Shown here in pieces: positions 37,157 to 48,064 of a stretch of 64,000 bases of DNA. Positions within the stretch are counted from its first letter, which is position 1. Every line of letters begins with the position of its first letter. The translations under genes and the position numbers were made by a program. Under the pieces are notes generated by a model that ran no database searches, was not told the origin of the DNA, and worked only from the letters and a program-made list of their open reading frames with translations. This DNA is from a virus: IMG/VR virus record IMGVR_UViG_3300037089_000506; one strand, 5' to 3'.

Positions 37157-37219
37157 AATCTCTCCTATTTACCCTTAGAGGGTCCCTAACTGAGACTTTA
37201 ATAGTCCTAATAAATTAGT
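37157..37219 (-). promoter_or_regulatory. Late motif plus two-hairpin 5' UTR (copy B)
   Basis: ACTAATTT; GGACT-ATTAA-AGTCT; ACCCT-CTA-AGGGT; AGGAG. Confidence 0.6.
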
Positions 37220-37225
37220 AATTGT

Positions 37226-37588
37226 TTATTGTTGAGGTGGTTCCTCGGCAGTACCTGATACTCTAGGATTTATTTGTGATACTGCTGGCATAGTCGTAGT
37301 AGTTGTAGACATAAAAGGCTGTGTATTATACCCACTCCACGATTGTGAATATTGATTTTCACCAAAACTTTGTGCAGCTTTTCCACCAAAAGCTATTGTT
37401 CCTAATACACCAATAAGCCCGATGAATGCGCCTAGAGGAAAAGGCTTGCCTAACAAAGCAAATATAATAGCTGCTATAGCTACTATCGAAGAAAGAATAA
37501 TAATATATTTTATCATCCACAAAAAGGCAATTCGCATTGCACTTATTTTAGAATCAGTTTGTATTGCATCTTTCTCTAATTTATTCAT
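37226..37588 (-). CDS. Two-TM membrane protein (holin-like)
   Basis: Two TM helices and GKAAQSFGE; located among late genes. Confidence 0.45.
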   Translation of the reverse strand: MNKLEKDAIQTDSKISAMRIAFLWMIKYIIILSSIVAIAAIIFALLGKPFPLGAFIGLIGVLGTIAFGGKAAQSFGENQYSQSWSGYNTQPFMSTTTTTMPAVSQINPRVSGTAEEPPQQ

Positions 37589-37932
37589 TTCAAGTCCTTG
37601 ATAACAGCATCAGCAGCATCTTGTGATGCTTTGTCTACAACATCTTGAATATTAATTTGTGCTGGTACCGATAGTGTCTGTATAGCTTCAGTAGTAGTTT
37701 CCATATTTATGGATGCTACTGTTTGTGCTGCTGTTTGATTTATATTTGTAACTTGTTGAGCTGTATTCATATCTATTTTAGCATCTTGGGCTTTTACATC
37801 AATATTGGGAATTAATGATTGTCCACCTTTGTTAGTAAACCATTCCACTGCTAGAATAGTAGCAATAGCACCACCAATAACCTCTGCTACCACTTTCCAA
37901 TGCTTTTTAAGCCATGCTAAAATCTTTTTCAT
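37585..37932 (-). CDS. N-terminally anchored membrane protein (i-spanin-like)
   Basis: Basic N-terminus, one TM segment and a Q/T/A-rich helical body. Confidence 0.4.
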   Translation of the reverse strand: MKKILAWLKKHWKVVAEVIGGAIATILAVEWFTNKGGQSLIPNIDVKAQDAKIDMNTAQQVTNINQTAAQTVASINMETTTEAIQTLSVPAQINIQDVVDKASQDAADAVIKDLK

Positions 37933-37944
37933 TTTAAGCTCCTT

Positions 37945-40900
37945 TTATCTATTTAGTATCAATACCCAAATTCGCTCTATGCTAAAATCCGTTTTAGTTT
38001 GAACTACCTTACCAATAATAACACCAGGAATAAATCTATCAAAGAACATAGCCCGAGTGGCAAACCCATCTTTATCAGATATAAGTAAATCCCCTATGTT
38101 TAATGGTTCCTTTACCTTTACTTTTACCCGTCCAGTTAATCCTACAGGAGTTTTAGTTGTCTCATCTTGAGCGCCTAGAGCATAGCCAAAGGTATCAGAA
38201 TGAATACCAATAACTGTTTTATCTGCTCTCTTATCTGCTTTTTTTACCCCATTATTAGTAATTACTAATACATCTCCAGCTTCCGAAATACCCTCTCTAT
38301 GGATAAATTCTGCCATATCATTCCATATAGCATTATACATTTTAGTAGCATAGAGATACCCATTATATCCTAGTACTGCTGTTCCTGAAGGAGAAGTTAA
38401 ATTATATTGTAATACTCCAGCAGAACTTATCTGTAGTGTTCCCCCTATAAGAACATTAGCGTTTGTAGCCAAATCATAAGAAACATTAGGGGCCGTATTT
38501 ATTGATAGATAGCCTACGAACTCAAAAGTACCAGCATTTCCACTATATCCTGCAAATGTCAATTGAAGAGAAGCAGAGTTTGATGAGTTGGCACTATACA
38601 GAATATTGGCGCTCGCTATCTCCCCAAAACCTATCTGACCACTAGTGGATTTCAGATTAAACATAGTACCTGTGTTGATACCACTTATATTCGTAACTGT
38701 AGAGCCCGCTGTAGACCCTATGTTTATAGTAGAAGCGGTAGCAGTGAATATGTTCATGGTAGATTGATTAGTGAGAATTGTAGCTGTGTTTACATTAAAA
38801 GTACCTGCTATAGTCAATGTTGAACCGCCAGGGACAGTAGTGGTTCCAGTAAGGGTATTTGCAGAACTTCCATTTCCAATGTATATAGCAGTGGTAGAAG
38901 TTGTACCTATATTGATTGTAGCTGTATTAATAAGAATATTAGCAGTGGAGGAAGTAGATGTCATTGAAGAATAGATAGTAAGAGCACCAGTAGTGTTAGT
39001 CCCTACAGTTAGGTTATTAGTAGCAAAGCCATCGTAAAAATAAAGCTCTCCATCATAGTTTAGACGAACTGTGTTATGTGCAGGACTACTTGCACTTCTA
39101 TCAAAATACCCTGACCCTTGAACATTGTAGGCAGCAGTAAAATCTACAAGCCCTAAGGACCATACTTGGTTCATCTTCTGGTCCATATTATAATCAAAAT
39201 ATTTATTATATCTCTCAGTCTTATAAATTATTACCCTGAATTGCCATGTATTATCGATAGCTACATAGTTAGCAGGAGGAGATTGTCCATAAAGATAGTA
39301 GGCAAGTCCATCATCAGCGAAGTTTACTCGCACATATCCAGTAGTATCTGACTGCAATTGATAACCATATCTCTTATAACTCAAACCAGAATTATAAGTA
39401 ATAGTAATAGGATTAGGATCAATTTTATAAATACTTACATATTTATAAACATAGATTTCAGCAAATAAAGAAGTAAAATCAGGATTGTAAGAGAAAGTAG
39501 TAATAGGAACTTCGATATATTGAGTAGGTGTACCACTTGTACATCCACTAGGTAGTGCTCCCCATGTGGTCCACCCAGTATCATACCTAAATGAGGGGGC
39601 CTGTGGAGGATTGGATTGATACCAATTAGAATATTTTATTTCAGTTGCTGGTGTAGAAGTAGGAGGTAATCCAAAAGTAGTAGTACCATTCCCACCAAAG
39701 GTAGTTCCAATAACATTGAATAAATCGGGATAGGAAGAGATATTTGGAGTAGACCCATCACACGTTAGATACCCAGTATCCAGACTTGCTGGTTTAGCAA
39801 TAATAGAGCCAATCTGATTTCCATCAGATTTCTGAGTGTTATAACTTATATTTACATAGATAGAGCTAGGGGATTCCACGTATCCTAAAGGAGAAGCTAT
39901 GTCTGAATAGTAAGAAAGAGTAGCTAGGTTAGTAGTAAACCCACCATTGATATCAGCATATACTGGGGAGCCTGTTGATAGCCCTGACCATGCAGCAGAC
40001 GTTGTTACACCTACTTTTTGTATAACTACAGGGGTCTGCGCTATTATCTGTCCACCAAAATATATAGTTCGTGTTGTAGCTGATTGTGCTATAACAGAGA
40101 ATAATTGTAATGTTGGAGACCAAGACATAGTAGTCCATGTACTTGCATTCAAATTAGTAGGGGTAAATGAAACCCATGTTTTTCCATCAGAAGAATATGC
40201 TGCTGTGGCTGTAGTAGTATTACTAGCAATGGCTACAAATATATTTCTGTCAGGGCACCATTCTAATGTACTCCAATTAGAAGATGCTCCTGCTGCTGGC
40301 AATGATGAGGATTGCGCCCAGTTAACACCATCTACAGAAGACATTGACGTTCCTGTACCTACATTCGCAGCAGGGTTTACAGCAACGAATAACTTTAGGG
40401 TAGATGAGTATTTTACAGAAGTACCACCACCTGCGGGCATCCCAGTTCCACCAGCATTCCAAGTAATACCATCAGTAGAATAAGAGGAAGTTGCTGATCC
40501 TGAGGCTATAGCAACAAGTCTACCAGAGTCAGGGGACCAGTCAAGGGATGTCCACGTTGCTGAAGCAATATTAGTAGTTGGTGTCCATCCAGTTAATCCT
40601 GTTGAAGAGTATGCTGTAGTAGTTGATCCACTACATATGGCTACAAATTTTGTTAGAGAAGCACACCACTTGACTGCTACCCATGCTGCTGCTGAAGGCA
40701 TTGACATTGTTGTCCATACCTTCCCATCAGGAGAGGTGGCGGCTTGAGTATCACTAGTAGATATAGCAACCAATCGTCCTATTGATGGTGACCATGTTAC
40801 ATCTACCCAGTTCTTGGAAGCAGGGAGGGAAACTTGATTCCAGGTAACAGCATCAGTAGACCAATATGCATATGTAGAAGAAGAACCTAGAGCTACAAAT

Positions 40901-42432
40901 AATCCTAGTTCTGCTACCCACAATACTTTCTTTATAGTGGAGATTCCAATAGTTCCTGAATTAGTACTATACGTATTGGCATAACCAGTATTAGCTCCAA
41001 CTAAGAATCCAATGGGAGTATTTCTATTTACTGTTGCTATAGGCGTTAATGTTACTGTTGATGTACTTGATGTAGCTGTCCATGAGATGTTTCCACTAAA
41101 TGCATTTGCTATAGCTGTGGCAGTAAGTATAGTAGTAGTTTGGACTGCTGGATTTAATGATACTACAACACCAGCAATATTTACCGTATTTGATGTTCCA
41201 GCGATAGCAGTAACTGTTATCTGTGTTTGTGCAGCGTAGGAATACTGTAAGGATAATGCAGAGATAGTAACCCCAGTAGAAGCAACAGCCAAGGAAGGTA
41301 CGGCTACAGCAGTTAAGACTGTCATTGTTACTGCTGTTCCTTGGGCGGATACTGTCCATCCTGTAGGTAAACTCTGCGTCATTTTGTATGCTACCTGAGC
41401 AGCAGTATCAGAAGCCGCTACAGTTACAGTTCCACTTGCTGATCCTGACCACGTTAGAGTTCCTCCTGCGGAGGCTCCTGTCAATACAGAAAAAGTGATA
41501 ACTGTGGATTGAACTTGTATTTGGGTAAGCCCCACACCACAAGCATTATTGGTAATCAATACTTTGGGTTGAACATTATTATATGATTTTCTTCTATCCG
41601 CAGTATAAATAAGTCCATCAGAACCCATTGAAACTACTACAGGAGCTGCTGTATTGGGAATAACTTCACCAGCATTGGCGGTAATTTGGGTTAGTCCTGT
41701 CGCTCCTCTAACATCTCCTTGAAGGTCAATAATCATAGAAGATATAGATGTAACTACACCTACTTCTATTAAAGGTGAACCAGAGGAAGCAGCCAAGGAT
41801 CGAGAGGTAGTTAATTGTGGGTTAGAGCCTAAAGTTCCTGATGCTGTATAAGTAGAAGCCGCTGCTGGATATAAATAAAGAGGTAGTCCAATATCGGAAG
41901 TGTTAAAAGCAGTAGAAGCAAAGTTATAGGGACCCTCTGAGGCAACTTCAATAGCAAGACCAAAGGTTAGAGTCTGCGATCCTGTTACAGTCATTGCATT
42001 GCTTAATGTAACTTGGCTGCTTGAGTCTACTGAGCCTACAACTGTATTCACAGGCACACCAGTTCCTGTTACTAGAACTGGACCTGAAGTAAGCATAGTG
42101 TTAAGAGCAGCGGTAGAACCTGTTCCTGTAATGGTGTAAGACCCCGTTGCTAATGTTCCGGTTAATGTAATAGGAGTGGTAGCTGCCACTGTATTCATGG
42201 CTATACCGATTATTGCGGTTACGGAATTTGAATCCGCAATGGCTACCGTATTAGTAGGAGTAGTTTGTACTGCTACAGCATAACCTTTATATATGGTTTG
42301 TGCTGAACTTACCATATACCATGTTGAGGGTTGGAAGGAGAAATTCACTCCATGAATGTTTGTTGCTAATTGCTGTCTAGTAGAGTCACCTAAGATGAAT
42401 ACATCACCGTGCTCACTGGGATAATTTGCCAT
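37945..42432 (-). CDS. Long tail fibre / receptor-binding protein (1495 aa)
   Basis: Asp-box beta-propeller repeats (SxDGxxW), tail-collar domain (GYLTCDG...YPDLFNVIG...FGLP) and a C-terminal intramolecular-chaperone-like domain (NDMAEF...VGLTGRVKVKV). Confidence 0.8.
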   Translation of the reverse strand: MANYPSEHGDVFILGDSTRQQLATNIHGVNFSFQPSTWYMVSSAQTIYKGYAVAVQTTPTNTVAIADSNSVTAIIGIAMNTVAATTPITLTGTLATGSYTITGTGSTAALNTMLTSGPVLVTGTGVPVNTVVGSVDSSSQVTLSNAMTVTGSQTLTFGLAIEVASEGPYNFASTAFNTSDIGLPLYLYPAAASTYTASGTLGSNPQLTTSRSLAASSGSPLIEVGVVTSISSMIIDLQGDVRGATGLTQITANAGEVIPNTAAPVVVSMGSDGLIYTADRRKSYNNVQPKVLITNNACGVGLTQIQVQSTVITFSVLTGASAGGTLTWSGSASGTVTVAASDTAAQVAYKMTQSLPTGWTVSAQGTAVTMTVLTAVAVPSLAVASTGVTISALSLQYSYAAQTQITVTAIAGTSNTVNIAGVVVSLNPAVQTTTILTATAIANAFSGNISWTATSSTSTVTLTPIATVNRNTPIGFLVGANTGYANTYSTNSGTIGISTIKKVLWVAELGLFVALGSSSTYAYWSTDAVTWNQVSLPASKNWVDVTWSPSIGRLVAISTSDTQAATSPDGKVWTTMSMPSAAAWVAVKWCASLTKFVAICSGSTTTAYSSTGLTGWTPTTNIASATWTSLDWSPDSGRLVAIASGSATSSYSTDGITWNAGGTGMPAGGGTSVKYSSTLKLFVAVNPAANVGTGTSMSSVDGVNWAQSSSLPAAGASSNWSTLEWCPDRNIFVAIASNTTTATAAYSSDGKTWVSFTPTNLNASTWTTMSWSPTLQLFSVIAQSATTRTIYFGGQIIAQTPVVIQKVGVTTSAAWSGLSTGSPVYADINGGFTTNLATLSYYSDIASPLGYVESPSSIYVNISYNTQKSDGNQIGSIIAKPASLDTGYLTCDGSTPNISSYPDLFNVIGTTFGGNGTTTFGLPPTSTPATEIKYSNWYQSNPPQAPSFRYDTGWTTWGALPSGCTSGTPTQYIEVPITTFSYNPDFTSLFAEIYVYKYVSIYKIDPNPITITYNSGLSYKRYGYQLQSDTTGYVRVNFADDGLAYYLYGQSPPANYVAIDNTWQFRVIIYKTERYNKYFDYNMDQKMNQVWSLGLVDFTAAYNVQGSGYFDRSASSPAHNTVRLNYDGELYFYDGFATNNLTVGTNTTGALTIYSSMTSTSSTANILINTATINIGTTSTTAIYIGNGSSANTLTGTTTVPGGSTLTIAGTFNVNTATILTNQSTMNIFTATASTINIGSTAGSTVTNISGINTGTMFNLKSTSGQIGFGEIASANILYSANSSNSASLQLTFAGYSGNAGTFEFVGYLSINTAPNVSYDLATNANVLIGGTLQISSAGVLQYNLTSPSGTAVLGYNGYLYATKMYNAIWNDMAEFIHREGISEAGDVLVITNNGVKKADKRADKTVIGIHSDTFGYALGAQDETTKTPVGLTGRVKVKVKEPLNIGDLLISDKDGFATRAMFFDRFIPGVIIGKVVQTKTDFSIERIWVLILNR

Positions 42433-42462
42433 TAAAAAGCCTCTATCTAATTAGTCAGGATT

Positions 42463-45400
42463 TTATGAACCTATACGTTCTATTGTTATTCTAGGAGCCC
42501 CTGGAGTTGTTAGTCCTTGTAAGAATGTCCCTGAAGTGTTAGAATAAGAAACTACTACTTGAACATAATCACCTGCACGTAATCGTATTGTTTTATTCCC
42601 CCCAAGAACAAATATATTAGGAGTGGATGCCAAAACAGCGGTAGATGTCCAGGAGTTTATAGTAGAGAAGTAAGTACCATTCTTATAGAGATAAAGGAGC
42701 CACGTTTCTCCTGCGGCGAAGGCTTTTGCTGTTGCTAAACCTATATTAGTTTCTACAGAATATACTCCAGGTTGAGGTGCTGTAAACTTCCATCCTATAC
42801 CAGGAAGAACAGATGTATGAGTATCCTCAACGAGAGTGTCAAAGTTTACCACATTTCCTGATGTTGGAATTGTAGAAGATACAATAGCATACTCAGCACG
42901 AATTACTGGTGGTTGCTCTGCTGTATTACCTTGAGAACGTTTACGAAGCCTCCAATACCATGTGGTTATTGAAGACCACAATACTGTAGGAGAAGCTGCT
43001 GAAAAGAAATTTACACTTAAAGTAGTAGAGTTTATCGTAGTAACAGTTACCCCATATGCTGTAGTTCCATTTGTATAATAGCCTATTCCCAATTGATCAG
43101 GAGTCAACCATGAAGAGGTGGATACAGCAGGATTCATAAACTCTAAAATATAATCATCTCTATTAGTAAGAGTTTTCTGAAATTGAACATATTTTTGTAT
43201 TGATGTTAATGAAGAAGGGCTATATCCATAGATTAATGTACCATTGGCTCCATAGGCGAAAGAAGTAGTATCAGTAGTAGCATTAGCACTGCTGTTATAG
43301 CTATACTCTTGATAATCAGTAGAAAGATTAGTAGGAACGTTCCATTGGGCAATAGGAAGGCGTACATTATAATGAAACTCCAAAGATGCTGTAGTTAGCC
43401 CTGTCGTAGCAGAACCACAAATAGCCTCAGCAGTAGCAGAAGTAGAATAATAAAGTTTGAAAGAAGATAGAGATACTGAAGGAACAACATAAGCATGGGC
43501 TATATAATAATTACCACTAAAAAAGACTCGTCCTTCTCCTTGAATCTGAATAGGATTAGAATAAGAAGCAGAAGGAGCTATTTTAGTCCAGTCAATAGTC
43601 AGTCCAGAAGGTAATGGAAATAGATAATCACCAGAACCAGCATTATTATTTCCAACAGCATTAATAACCATATGGTAAGATAATTCCATATCGCTACCAT
43701 TTCTACTCCATTGTGCTATATAGTCATAGAAGGTCCCAGTACTACCAAAGGTAGGAGGGGTGACAGTTGCACCTAATTGTAATACACCATTAGCACCACC
43801 ATTAGTATACTGTGTCCATCCATTTATCATAGAAGAGGTTGTATTCAATAAATTTTGAGGAGTTACAGATACTGCGTTGAACTGGAAATATTCTCCTGTT
43901 CCGTTCCATCCTGTAGCACAATGAAATAATAGTCTGTATTGTGAAGAGGAAGAAGGTAAGAATGTAGCCAAGAACATAGAAGGAGAACCAGAGGTAGCTA
44001 GTACTGACTGTGTAGATAAGGGAATAAAGTTTAGATTAGCCTTATCATACAGATAAATCATAACATCACCAGAAGTGAAGTTATACGTATTGAATAAGAA
44101 AGAAATTTGGAATACCTGTGTAGTCATTCCATAATCTATAGAGAAGTCATAGGAAACACCCTGGCCTAATGAAGAAGCACCACCATAGGTGAGTCTCATA
44201 TCATAACTACCAAATAGTACAGAAGTATTTGTTGTTGAGAATACTACATTGGAAGCAGTTCCTCCTAATCCATTTGTAGGAACGGCAGTAGTATCGTTAT
44301 AGGCAAAATAACCTAATGGGACTGAAGCATTCTGCGGAGTATAATAAATATATGTAGATAATTGTAAACCAATAGACCTACCTACAAACTGTGCAGCATA
44401 TAGAGTACCATTATAGTTTAATCGTGTAAGAGTAGAGGGAGGATAGGATGTACCTGCATCAAATGACCCTACTGTTGAAGTAGTGCCGGTTATTGTTAAA
44501 TTTCCTGTAGCAGTTATGTTAGAAAATGTTTGAGTACCACTAAAACTCACCACACCTGCATACGTTATATTTCCACCAACAGTAAGATTATTACAGGTAA
44601 AATTATTTACATTAAAGGTTCCGCCATAGTTTAGTACTGTTGTAGCGCCTAAGGAAGAGGGTGATCTAGTGTGAGTCCAATAACCACTTGTTGGACCAGG
44701 AACACCACCGGGAGCAGTAGCTACTGTTCCAAAATAAGCACTAAAGATACCATTACTAGCAGCATCTTGAAATGCTAATGCTATTGAAGCACCAACACCA
44801 TTTATAGTAAATATATAGGGACCTGTTCCTGTAACACCAAAAGTAAAACAAGAAGTTAAATCATATGTTTCAGCATAATTACCAGCATTATTACCAGAAG
44901 CGATAAGCCCTAAAAAGTTAGGCCCTAAAATAGAATTAGCAGTAGTGCTGCTATTAGGATCAGCAGAATTTAATCCTAAATAAAACTCATAAATACCATT
45001 AGAAGTTCTATCATTAGAAACAGCAGTAACAATAATATTAGAAGCATTTCCTGTTGTTGTAAACGGACTATTAAATCCTAATGCAGATGCCCCTGAATTT
45101 AATGCTGCTTCAAAGGCTTGGGTGAAGGAAAGCATAGTAGTATAGAGTCCCGCCCCCACAGTACAAATCGTTGTTTTTCCAGCATATTTACTATCATTAA
45201 TACCTAAAATAAAAGTAGCAGGATAAGATAAGGTTAAATTAAAAGAAGGTACATTTGCTCCATATAATCTGAAGGACATTGCTATTGTAGAAGTATCGTT
45301 AGTATTATATCTAAGCCTATTATTCATATAGGCTAACAATGCTGTAGTAGTACTAAAAGGAGAACCATTTGCAGGAGAAGCATCATTAAAAGTTATAGTT

Positions 45401-45924
45401 CTAAAATTAGAGTTACTTACATTTATTGTAGTAGTACCGGCATTGTATACAATACTATTCCCCACTGCTACAGTAAACCCTAGAGGGCTTGTAGAGCCTA
45501 AGGCAAAAGTAGAAGAAGCAGAACAATTGAAAGTATGTGCTGTAGAGTAAAGATTAGAATAAGGAGTAGTTGGGCCAGAAAATAGAGACAGAGGAATACC
45601 AGAATAAAACTCTCCTGCGTATTCATTTAATCCATTATAAGTAACATATCCTATTGCTATGCTTCCAGATATAATAGACCTAGATTCTATATTAGAAATA
45701 CGAGTAGTATTATCAATAGCATTGACAAATAGATTATAAAAGTTGGTATTTATTGCCTCGCCTGTGAAAGGAGAAACTACAGTGCTATTGGTTCCTACAG
45801 CGGAAGAGGTGCTGCCTGAAAATGGATAAGTTGTAGTGCTACTATCTGTTCCCGTAGGATCGGTGCCTACAATTGTTGGTGGTCTTAGAAGTGTTGCTAA
45901 TGTAGTAAGTGAAAAATATGCCAT
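42463..45924 (-). CDS. Tail fibre-like protein with a C-terminal C1q/TNF-like domain (1153 aa)
   Basis: VNFDT...FTAPQPGVYSV...LYKNG...LRAGDYVQV. Confidence 0.65.
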   Translation of the reverse strand: MAYFSLTTLATLLRPPTIVGTDPTGTDSSTTTYPFSGSTSSAVGTNSTVVSPFTGEAINTNFYNLFVNAIDNTTRISNIESRSIISGSIAIGYVTYNGLNEYAGEFYSGIPLSLFSGPTTPYSNLYSTAHTFNCSASSTFALGSTSPLGFTVAVGNSIVYNAGTTTINVSNSNFRTITFNDASPANGSPFSTTTALLAYMNNRLRYNTNDTSTIAMSFRLYGANVPSFNLTLSYPATFILGINDSKYAGKTTICTVGAGLYTTMLSFTQAFEAALNSGASALGFNSPFTTTGNASNIIVTAVSNDRTSNGIYEFYLGLNSADPNSSTTANSILGPNFLGLIASGNNAGNYAETYDLTSCFTFGVTGTGPYIFTINGVGASIALAFQDAASNGIFSAYFGTVATAPGGVPGPTSGYWTHTRSPSSLGATTVLNYGGTFNVNNFTCNNLTVGGNITYAGVVSFSGTQTFSNITATGNLTITGTTSTVGSFDAGTSYPPSTLTRLNYNGTLYAAQFVGRSIGLQLSTYIYYTPQNASVPLGYFAYNDTTAVPTNGLGGTASNVVFSTTNTSVLFGSYDMRLTYGGASSLGQGVSYDFSIDYGMTTQVFQISFLFNTYNFTSGDVMIYLYDKANLNFIPLSTQSVLATSGSPSMFLATFLPSSSSQYRLLFHCATGWNGTGEYFQFNAVSVTPQNLLNTTSSMINGWTQYTNGGANGVLQLGATVTPPTFGSTGTFYDYIAQWSRNGSDMELSYHMVINAVGNNNAGSGDYLFPLPSGLTIDWTKIAPSASYSNPIQIQGEGRVFFSGNYYIAHAYVVPSVSLSSFKLYYSTSATAEAICGSATTGLTTASLEFHYNVRLPIAQWNVPTNLSTDYQEYSYNSSANATTDTTSFAYGANGTLIYGYSPSSLTSIQKYVQFQKTLTNRDDYILEFMNPAVSTSSWLTPDQLGIGYYTNGTTAYGVTVTTINSTTLSVNFFSAASPTVLWSSITTWYWRLRKRSQGNTAEQPPVIRAEYAIVSSTIPTSGNVVNFDTLVEDTHTSVLPGIGWKFTAPQPGVYSVETNIGLATAKAFAAGETWLLYLYKNGTYFSTINSWTSTAVLASTPNIFVLGGNKTIRLRAGDYVQVVVSYSNTSGTFLQGLTTPGAPRITIERIGS

Positions 45925-45932
45925 TTATTCCT

Positions 45933-46871
45933 CTATTGTGATAACAAGTTCTGTAATTTAGTCTGATTCTCAGGATTCAGTACCAATGATCCTATAATGA
46001 GAGTTTGTGCTGCTGGATTAAATTGGATATAACCGTCAATAATCAAAATACCCCCAATATCCGTAAAAGAGTGAGCACCAAGAACCAAACTGTTAGTATT
46101 AACAGAATAAGTTGATAGTGCTTGGACATATAGAGTATTTGTATTTGCTGTATAATAAAAATCAGGACTACAGAATAAGTATGAAGTATTCGCACTATTC
46201 AAGAAAGGTATTGACCCCGATGGATAAGAGGAAGTATAGAAAGAAACTAAAGATACTTCTTCCTTAGTACCTGTATTTTTCTTTCTAAAGGAATCGGAGG
46301 CAGGGTCATAGGTAATATAGTTTGCATCATTAGATATAGTAAAGTTACTTCCTGAAAAATAAAGATTATAGTCTTGTAACGTTGTTCCTGACAAAGACAA
46401 CATGCTAGAATCTAAATACGAAGTTCCCAACTGTATCATTGAACTTTGAATGTTAGTAATAGAAGCAGACTGAGCAGTAAGGGAGGAAGTAAGAACTAAA
46501 CTATTGTGAGTTACATCTGAGGTAGGGGTTAAGGACTGCATGAAGTCCATAGGGTCTACAATATCTACAATAAAACTACATTGAATAGATAATAAACCTA
46601 TTGCTGCCTGTGTACCTATCTGTATGTTTCTATATATTTGATTTCCTGCTGTTTCTGATAAATATATATTCTGGTTTACAAATATAATATCAGTGCCTAA
46701 TATTCCAGAAGAAAGTACAGTGCTACCATTATTAACTACAAAGCCCTTGGAAGTAAAAAAATCATTAGAGAATGATACTACATCTCCTATTTTATTTTGG
46801 GAAGTGTCTAAAGTAAGAGATATAGGTGGGTATCCACCAGGGTTAAAGGGTAATTTCCAATACTGATCCAT
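45933..46871 (-). CDS. Tail/baseplate-associated structural protein
   Basis: Position between baseplate and fibre genes; beta-rich composition. Confidence 0.45.
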   Translation of the reverse strand: MDQYWKLPFNPGGYPPISLTLDTSQNKIGDVVSFSNDFFTSKGFVVNNGSTVLSSGILGTDIIFVNQNIYLSETAGNQIYRNIQIGTQAAIGLLSIQCSFIVDIVDPMDFMQSLTPTSDVTHNSLVLTSSLTAQSASITNIQSSMIQLGTSYLDSSMLSLSGTTLQDYNLYFSGSNFTISNDANYITYDPASDSFRKKNTGTKEEVSLVSFYTSSYPSGSIPFLNSANTSYLFCSPDFYYTANTNTLYVQALSTYSVNTNSLVLGAHSFTDIGGILIIDGYIQFNPAAQTLIIGSLVLNPENQTKLQNLLSQ

Positions 46872-48049
46872 TATGATAATCCTAAGTCTGAAGCTTTCCA
46901 GACGGGTAGTTTGAATCGTGAGTGTGCGTTAACTGCTCCTATTTCAGTAGCCCCTGCATTCTTAAATATAACCGTTGCCTCGGGCCAGCAGTTACTTGTA
47001 TAAGTAGAAGTATTCAGGGTTGCCCTGTCTCTAATCAATACCAGGATGGTATAGCCTATCCCGTTTAGGGGGTAGTTTGGGACTCCTGCTAGATAGTCTA
47101 TAATCTGTTGCTGCGTAGAGGAAGTAGATAGGGTAAAACTTCCTTTTTTTTGTAGAAAACTTTCCCATACAATTGAAGAGGTGTGTAGTATTTCATCACT
47201 TTTTACTCGTAAGAAGTCAATTTGATAATAAGTGGAGAGCGCACCAGTAATGTTCAGAATAGCACCTGTATTATAATTTGTAATATAATTTAGAATTCCT
47301 AAAGGGGGGTTTATAATAGTAGTGTATGCATTCCCTGCTGTTCCTGGATATACGGGAGAAGCACTCCAGTTAGAAAGGGTTTCTGTAGATAGGAAGTTAT
47401 CCCCCACAAATGCCGACCCCTGTGCTACATACAGCCCTGATCCATCTGATGCGAATTGTACTAGATACTGTTCATTCTTTGTATAGAGTCTATTAAAAGT
47501 ATCTCTATTACTCTGCCCCTCATAACTTACATGGAATAAATTAGCATTATGTGCAGTATTAGCAGCCACATTATTTAATAAAGAAGCTATCAGTACTAGA
47601 TTACCATTCCCTGAGAATGCATATCCAGAGAGTCCTGAATCCGATACAAGACTAAATGCGGCATAGATTGTTGCTGTATCTGAAGTACTGTATGTCCAAT
47701 CGGCAATTAGGTGTAATCGGGGCGAACCAGATAAACCATCCCACGTTGCTTTAGAAATTGAATACGTATAGTTATTTGTCAAAATTATCTTTCCAATAAA
47801 AGTTCCCGTAGTGTTAAAGGGGTCTTGGGCTTGTCGCTGAAAAAGCAGTGTAGTTCCAGCAGCAATAGTCAAATAAAGGGAACTACCATCATATGAAACA
47901 CTAGATATTTGAGGAGTTGTCCCCAAATAATTGCCTGTTCCTGGCTTCATTATACCATAGAGTATTTCATTACCAAAAACTGAAGAAAGATATTGTGCAG
48001 GATATATAGAAACCTGCTGTTGACCATTATTTACTGTAGTTCCACCCAT
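46871..48049 (-). CDS. Baseplate/tail-associated structural protein
   Basis: Position, composition and late motif upstream. Confidence 0.45.
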   Translation of the reverse strand: MGGTTVNNGQQQVSIYPAQYLSSVFGNEILYGIMKPGTGNYLGTTPQISSVSYDGSSLYLTIAAGTTLLFQRQAQDPFNTTGTFIGKIILTNNYTYSISKATWDGLSGSPRLHLIADWTYSTSDTATIYAAFSLVSDSGLSGYAFSGNGNLVLIASLLNNVAANTAHNANLFHVSYEGQSNRDTFNRLYTKNEQYLVQFASDGSGLYVAQGSAFVGDNFLSTETLSNWSASPVYPGTAGNAYTTIINPPLGILNYITNYNTGAILNITGALSTYYQIDFLRVKSDEILHTSSIVWESFLQKKGSFTLSTSSTQQQIIDYLAGVPNYPLNGIGYTILVLIRDRATLNTSTYTSNCWPEATVIFKNAGATEIGAVNAHSRFKLPVWKASDLGLS

Positions 48050-48064
48050 ATATAATTAGTCCTT

